A DNA stretch of 64,000 bases from the NCBI GenBank assembly GCA_021613535.1, contig CP075492.1, positions 1,302,001 through 1,366,000 of the forward strand, given 5' to 3'. Made by a program: the position numbers and the translations under genes. This document shows positions 58,019 to 64,000 of this stretch, piece by piece. The notes under the pieces are model-generated. The model saw only the letters and a list, made by a program, of their open reading frames with translations, did not search any database and was not told where the DNA came from. Origin of the DNA: Adineta vaga. Lineage: Eukaryota; Animalia; Rotifera. Positions within the stretch are counted from its first letter, which is position 1, and every line of letters starts with the position of its first letter.

Positions 58019-58810
58019 TACTCTTTGCTCTATCCATGGATATATGAATGAAAATATAATAATAAAAAACAAAGGAGAACGCGCTAATAGAAAGAGATAC
58101 CTTTTTTTTGTCCGAGGAGAAGTGCCAGTTCACAAGCTTGCTCGATTCTTTCCTGAAGTTCTCTGATAGTAGCAGGCAGTTCTTTAAAACTTGAATGATT
58201 TCTTATTCATAAATGGTCTGTTTCATAATGAATAAGAATTTCTAACTGTCTTCTGCATTCCGAAAAAAATCAGCTTATTTGCCCGTTCCGTAGAGCGTTG
58301 GCGGGAGTAACATCGCGTTACTTGTTCTTTATACTGAAAATTGTAGTTAGAAAAAGTTCAACGATGCATCGAATATCTGATTATTAATGATCGTATAGTT
58401 GTAAGCTGTCTTGTTGAGGGTGAATACTAGAAGTATTCATTTTATAAATTCTAACAAGGTTTTTCCAGAATTTGTTATAATGCATTTTCATATTCCTATG
58501 CCTTATACTTCAATCATCATGTAAACCAAAATAGTTGATAAATATAAAGTGCGGAGAAAAAAGTAGGTACTTTCATAATGTTCATTGTCTGCTAATCTTC
58601 GAAGAAAAAAAATTCTAATCAACTGAGTGTTTCCAGCAGACACAACTCGTATATTCTTTTCTAAGTTTTTGTTTTATATTAAGACTAAAGAGGCTTCCTA
58701 GAAAGAAAAAGATTAACTCTAACTCTGTCTGTCTGTCTGCTTCAGTCTTTTAAAAGAAATAGCTTTTATTGAAATACGCATTTCTTCGTCGCTTTTGTGC
58801 ATCTTCAGCC

Positions 58811-59743
58811 ATGGATAATGAAACTGAAATCTCGAGCGTGGATAGTACACAACGTAGCATAACGATCCCAATCTTAGTTATATTCGCATTTCCAGCATTC
58901 GTTTGTTTCTTATTCACTTTTTATCATACAATCAAATTACCTAAACGATTGATATTTGACACGATTAATAACCATATTATTTTTCTTATATTAGTCTTCG
59001 ATTTTTTATCACTATTAACTGAAATGCCAATCACATTATACTATCTCGCATATGGAAGTGTACATACAGTGAAAATCTGTCTTTTCTGGAATTTTTGGAA
59101 TTATAATCTTCATGTGATATCTTTAATTCTAACGGAGTATGCTTCAATCGAACGTTATTTTTTAGTATTTCATCGACATGAAGTTCTAAAACATAAAGTT
59201 CTTTTTCATTATATTCCAATATTATGTTTGACAATCTATATTCCAGTATGGTATTTTTATTTAATTTTCTTTTTACCATGTCAAAAAGCGAGATTACTCG
59301 ATATCACTGTATTTACATGTGGTATGCCATGTTTTTTTGGTTATGCATGGATAACTGCTTATGATGCAATTGCTAATCTGATGTTGCCCTCTTTGATTAT
59401 ACTAATATTTAATACATTAATGATCGTACGTGTGGTTGTAAGCAGAACAGTTGCATTAGGAGCTATTCCAGTACGAGAAACATTAAAAAAGAATCGTCGA
59501 ATGATTTTACAATTGCTCGGCATTAGTTTGATGAGTTTAATAATGTGGTTACCTTGGGTAGTGATTCTAATTGGAAAAGATTTTTTTGATCCATCATTCG
59601 GTAATTGGTTTGTAACATATATTCTTTACTATGTACCATATATCACAGCATCACTATCGCCATTCTTTGGATTAATTGGTTTACCAGAAATCAGAAAAAA
59701 ATTCAAAATTAGAGCATTACAAACAGCAATTATACCAATCTGA
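58811..59743 (+). CDS. Intronless orphan class A-like GPCR
   Basis: ATG at 58811, N-terminal NET sequon, 7 hydrophobic segments, ASIERY, WLPW, SPFFGLIGLPEIR. Confidence 0.87.
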   Translation: MDNETEISSVDSTQRSITIPILVIFAFPAFVCFLFTFYHTIKLPKRLIFDTINNHIIFLILVFDFLSLLTEMPITLYYLAYGSVHTVKICLFWNFWNYNLHVISLILTEYASIERYFLVFHRHEVLKHKVLFHYIPILCLTIYIPVWYFYLIFFLPCQKARLLDITVFTCGMPCFFGYAWITAYDAIANLMLPSLIILIFNTLMIVRVVVSRTVALGAIPVRETLKKNRRMILQLLGISLMSLIMWLPWVVILIGKDFFDPSFGNWFVTYILYYVPYITASLSPFFGLIGLPEIRKKFKIRALQTAIIPI

Positions 59744-60081
59744 TCTTTCGGTAAATACTTAACTGATGTTTCAATACATGTAAATGAACCATTTTTGAAT
59801 GTTGTCAAATGTCTGCCTTTATCGTTTACTCGAAATCTGTGCGTAAAAAAATCAAATAATAAATTATTATTATTCACATCTCAACAATGATTACTTAATC
59901 GTAGAGATTACATTCTCTCGACTAAAGCAGACAGTTGTAGTAAGATCATTGAATTTGAATGACAAATGATATTGGACATAATCTCGTAATGATTCACATA
60001 ATCTAATGATATCATTGATTTGTGAACTATAATTGAATAATCAAAAGTCACTGTCACCACCAGACAAACCACATTCATTAT

Positions 60082-60141
60082 TGGGTGTGGGTTAAGAGAA
60101 TAGCCTCATGTGTATCGGCACCCACATCCACACCCTCAAGA
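60082..60141. repeat. Telomere-like palindromic element
   Basis: TGGGTGTGGG...CACCCACATCCACACCCTCAAGA. Confidence 0.85.
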
Positions 60142-60314
60142 ATCGAAAACCTGTTACTATTTTTTCGTCAACTCATGGACTTTGGTATTTTATACATCAA
60201 ATATGTCTGCGTATGCGAAAAGATAGTTTAAGCTGTAAAAAGAATGTATCAATTTCCAGATCCAGAAATTCAATATTCATAAAATAATCATGAAACAATA
60301 GAAAATCAATTAGA

Positions 60315-60350
60315 AGGGTGAGGATGTTCTTCCTATACTCACCATCAAGA
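60315..60350. repeat. Short telomere-like palindromic element
   Basis: AGGGTGAGGAT..ATACTCACCATCAAGA. Confidence 0.6.
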
Positions 60351-60841
60351 TTGTGGTGATAGCATAAATTACTAATAACGGAGCGAGGGATGAGGACAAG
60401 TGAGAATATCAGCGATAATCGTTCATATTTAGTCGTGCCTATTTTAATCGATTCACACTTGACGAAAAGATTACTTTAATGTTCTTTCAGTCTTATAGAC
60501 AGCGAATTTTTGCATACTATGTTTTTTTTACTGAGGACAGCCTCTCAAACTTATATTTTGGTATCGAACAGAAAAAATTTTGATTTTACTTGGTTTTCTC
60601 CATTGAGAGTATTTACCCATGTTCGTGCTCTTCACGAACGTTGTTTGTGGTGTTGTTACTGTTTGATTTGCATGCGCAAACATATTTTGTGCCGTGAGAC
60701 ACAGAACAATTTTGCATCAAAATCAGTCAAGACACAATGTAATGTCGATGGTTTTCTTCCGCTGAAATTTATTTCTTAATCTGAAAAGGGAGAATTTTGT
60801 TTTTTTTCTTACATATCAATTTCAATGTGTATGTAAGTACA

Positions 60842-62710
60842 ATGTCATTCGAAATATTACCAGATGAAATATTGTTAATGATCTATTCATATCTGAATGG
60901 TATCGAAATCCTTGAAGCCTTTAATGATTTGAATATTCGTTTAAACTCAACAATAAGTAACCATCGAAAACATATCAATCTTACTCGTAAAAGATATGGA
61001 GAATTTAATCGATATTGTCGTATGCTCGCTCATACGAATCTAGGCTTACAAGTTCAAACATTCAATTTGTCAAATACAGACTCAAATTTGGATCTATTAA
61101 CATTATTTAGAAAACAAGTATGGCGTTTAGATGAAAAACTACCAAATTTAGAATGTCTCACATTACTTGATATTAAGTATGATGGATTACATCTCTTTCT
61201 ATCCAATATAATGTCTTTGGAGAAATTGACAGAACTTAACATAACATGCGATCGAACGTTCTCTAATGACTCTATTTCGGAATGTTTTCACAAATTAATA
61301 AGGAATATTCATTCATTGAGGAAATTAAAATTGAAAAATATTCGATTATCGCTTGGATCAGTCGATGATGGGCATAATGATACAATCACAGATTTAACTA
61401 TTGAAATCGAAACAACAGATGACTTGGTGATACTCTTACATCACTTTCGTAATCTTCATTATCTCAGTGTTTCTATTGAAAACTTTCAAGCTTTGCATGC
61501 ACAACAGTAAGTCATTTCTCCTCATTGTGCTTATGCAATCTTCATCAGAAATATCTGTTTGCAGGTATTTCCTTAGGTTTCTTTGATTGTATTTTGTTTA
61601 TTTATTCAAAGGACCTTCGATCACATATCCCAAACACAACTCAATGAATTTCATCTAGAAATTTTGCACGCACCTGATCGATCGACATTGGAGAAATTCA
61701 TATTTGTCTTAGTGAATATCTCCGGTCTTCGTCATGTTAAATTTCAGATATGTCTAGATCCTATAAACAAGAACGAGGATGCCATTGATTATTTAAATGG
61801 TGAAGAATGGGACCGTATTCGTATGCAATTTGATCATCTTCTCAATTTCGATTGCACACTATGGGCTGCATCAATATCATACGACGTCGATGACTTAACT
61901 GAATATGTCACCGACTCGTTTGCACAATTTTCGTCTTGGTTTGTTGACGTGTTTGAAACAAAGTCATACTTCTCGTACTCATACTCGTATGTATGCGTGT
62001 TTACGAACACGCGAAGATTATGCGGTGCAGAAATAAAGTATGTTTTGTTAAACAAGCGAAATGGACAAGAAATAGCGACACTGATTGAGAGAATTTCATC
62101 CCTGCAGGTATATACTGTCAAAAACTCATATGTTAATGATGAAGATACAATCGAATCTCCATCTCTGATTTTGCCTGATCGTGTCTTTTCTCAACTGGAA
62201 CGGATAGAAGTGTATGCTGATAGCTACATGTATTTTACGGAGCGTTTAGAATCTTTCTTAAAACAATTGTTCTCTCGAACTTCAAATCTGAAGTCCATTG
62301 AGATATCAAGCGCAGGCAGTGATGATGACTTTAATGATATTGAGGATGTTTTAAATTGTTTTGAAAAACCTTCGATGTCTATTACGCATTGTGAATTTAT
62401 CGTCAAAGCTGATTATGATGAATCTCGTATGAAACAGGTGTTATTTCATTTACCGATGTTAACCTACTTGAAAATAGAGATACTCTATGCTTTTGAAGAC
62501 TTTATCGCTACCGTAAACACGTGTCTCATTCATGCAAAGTATTTATTTTATTTGGAACTTCCTATACCATACCAAATTCGCCCTAAAACATATGGTACAA
62601 TGAAAGAGAATATTCAATTATGGCTAAAGGAAAATACTCTTTTAGGTGATTCGATAGTTGGAAGAGAGTTTTATGCAGTCATGGATCGTGATATCCAAAT
62701 CTGGTTCTGA
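60842..62710 (+). CDS. F-box protein with LRR-like C-terminus (2 exons)
   Basis: MSFEILPDEILLMIYSYL F-box start, LxxLxL repeats, in-frame intron 61507-61611. Confidence 0.85.
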
Positions 62711-62883
62711 AGAAACTATCGAGATTCTTATGTGAACTAAATTTTTTCCATCTTTCTTTGTTTTCTCGGTGATTTGATATACAACATTACAATTTATTTC
62801 TTACAAGCATCAAGTATTTCTAATAAAGTTTTGGACTTATGCTCTGTATCAGCTTATCTGAAAAGGACCTCATTACTACTGTA

Positions 62884-62960
62884 GAGGGTGTAGATGGATA
62901 TGGGTGGTTGGGTGAGTGCGTGAGGTGACTATTCATCCAGATACACATCCATATCCTCGA
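62884..62960. repeat. Telomere-like palindromic element
   Basis: GAGGGTGTAGATGGATATGGGTG...CATCCAGATACACATCCATATCCTC. Confidence 0.7.
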
Positions 62961-63448
62961 TAAAGCGGAAGATGAGCTGTCAAAAGGTTTATAAATAAAT
63001 GATTTTTCGTTTTTTAACAAGGATAAAAAAGAGAGCATGTTTTTCGTTAATTTCACCTAACTGTGTTATGAGTTGTTTCGAGTCAAACTAAATATAAACC
63101 TAGGTTAATTTTATACGAAAACGTTCAGCTCGTCGAGCTCTACAAACCCTGAAAGTTTCAACAAATTATGAAATGTTTGTGTACAAAATGACGTCATATA
63201 TTTTCTTCTCCAGTTGTATAATAATTGGAGGAAAAGTAAAGAACGAGATAAAATAAAAATCTAGATAATTCTTATTGACAGAATAAAAAGACAGAAAAGA
63301 AGAAGAACGTAGATGCATACACATCCGGAATGTGATATATCTTATTATAGTGCTCTCAAACAATCACGCACTGAATTTATTGAAAAATTCCATAACTTGA
63401 TAGAATAAATAGAAACGAGTAGTTTTACAGCTATATATAAACTAAATT

Positions 63449-63807
63449 TCTTTTCATAGATACATGTTTTTTGCTATTCTTATTATCTTTTGGCTAATAA
63501 AACATTTTTTCTGATATCACTTGCATCTTGTTTATTTCTCACAATAAAAATGTGTCATTGTTCTCCTAGTATTACGAGCGCAACGAACACCTAACGCGTC
63601 GAGACAAAAGCAATTTATTTGTTTTTCTCGTATTGTAAAGTCGTCTATAGAAGTCATACTCATCTTACTAAAACTAGATATACACTACGTGAAATATCTC
63701 ATTATAACTGATCTGATCCTTGCACATGATACTTTGCATCCGAATCTATTCGATAACACTGTAAATATCGACAAAAACATGTCATTCAAAATTTGGCTAT
63801 GAAAGGG
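63449..63807. mobile_element. Possible decayed piggyBac-type MITE
   Basis: Right end CTATGAAAGGG followed by TTAA (63808-63811); degenerate left end TCTTTTCATAG without an intact TTAA. Confidence 0.35.
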
Positions 63808-64000
63808 TTAACAAGAAAAAAAATTCTTATTTTCACTTATCCATTTGAATAAAACGTACTTGAAAAATAATAAGTAAAATTATTATCTGACTTATACAAG
63901 ATTACGCTCACTGATCGTTTCTGAGCAGAAAAAAAATTGAAACTTGATTTTCTTATCTCATATAGATTTTTGATAATTTTGAGGCAAATAATTATATGAA

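Noticed and set aside
56640-58425. Weak telomere-like half-sites near 56645, 57340 and 58414
   Set aside because: Too short or degenerate, with no convincing partner arm; kept only as a caveat to the orientation-bias finding.

Overview
AT-rich eukaryotic DNA with short GT-AG introns. The gene inventory points to a bdelloid rotifer (inference): ART+TPR proteins, NHL membrane proteins, orphan GPCRs, F-box/LRR-like protein, HGT-like enzymes and TGTGGG/TGAGGG telomere-like motifs. The window holds about 15 protein-coding genes, one atypical tRNA-Arg, and many DNA-transposon relics (CACTA/CMC-like, foldback/MULE-like, piggyBac, hAT, Helentron-type HINE). Three observations stand out. (1) A ~45-75 bp palindrome built from inverted telomere-like repeats (TCTTGAGGGTGTGGGTGTGG..CCACACCCACACCCTCAAGA) occurs about 19 times. 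It appears in all 9 head-to-tail intergenic gaps, but I found no two-armed copy in the 5 divergent or convergent gaps, suggesting a boundary or roadblock system. (2) Two paralogous membrane proteins each concatenate exactly three TM-Cys-rich ectodomain-TM modules, a possible single-chain pseudo-trimeric DEG/ENaC/P2X-like channel; one is fused to repeated PPC-like ectodomains. (3) A CACTA-like element sits inside a coding exon, and its termini carry GT/AG sites that would splice it out in frame. All calls were made by eye, without database searches.
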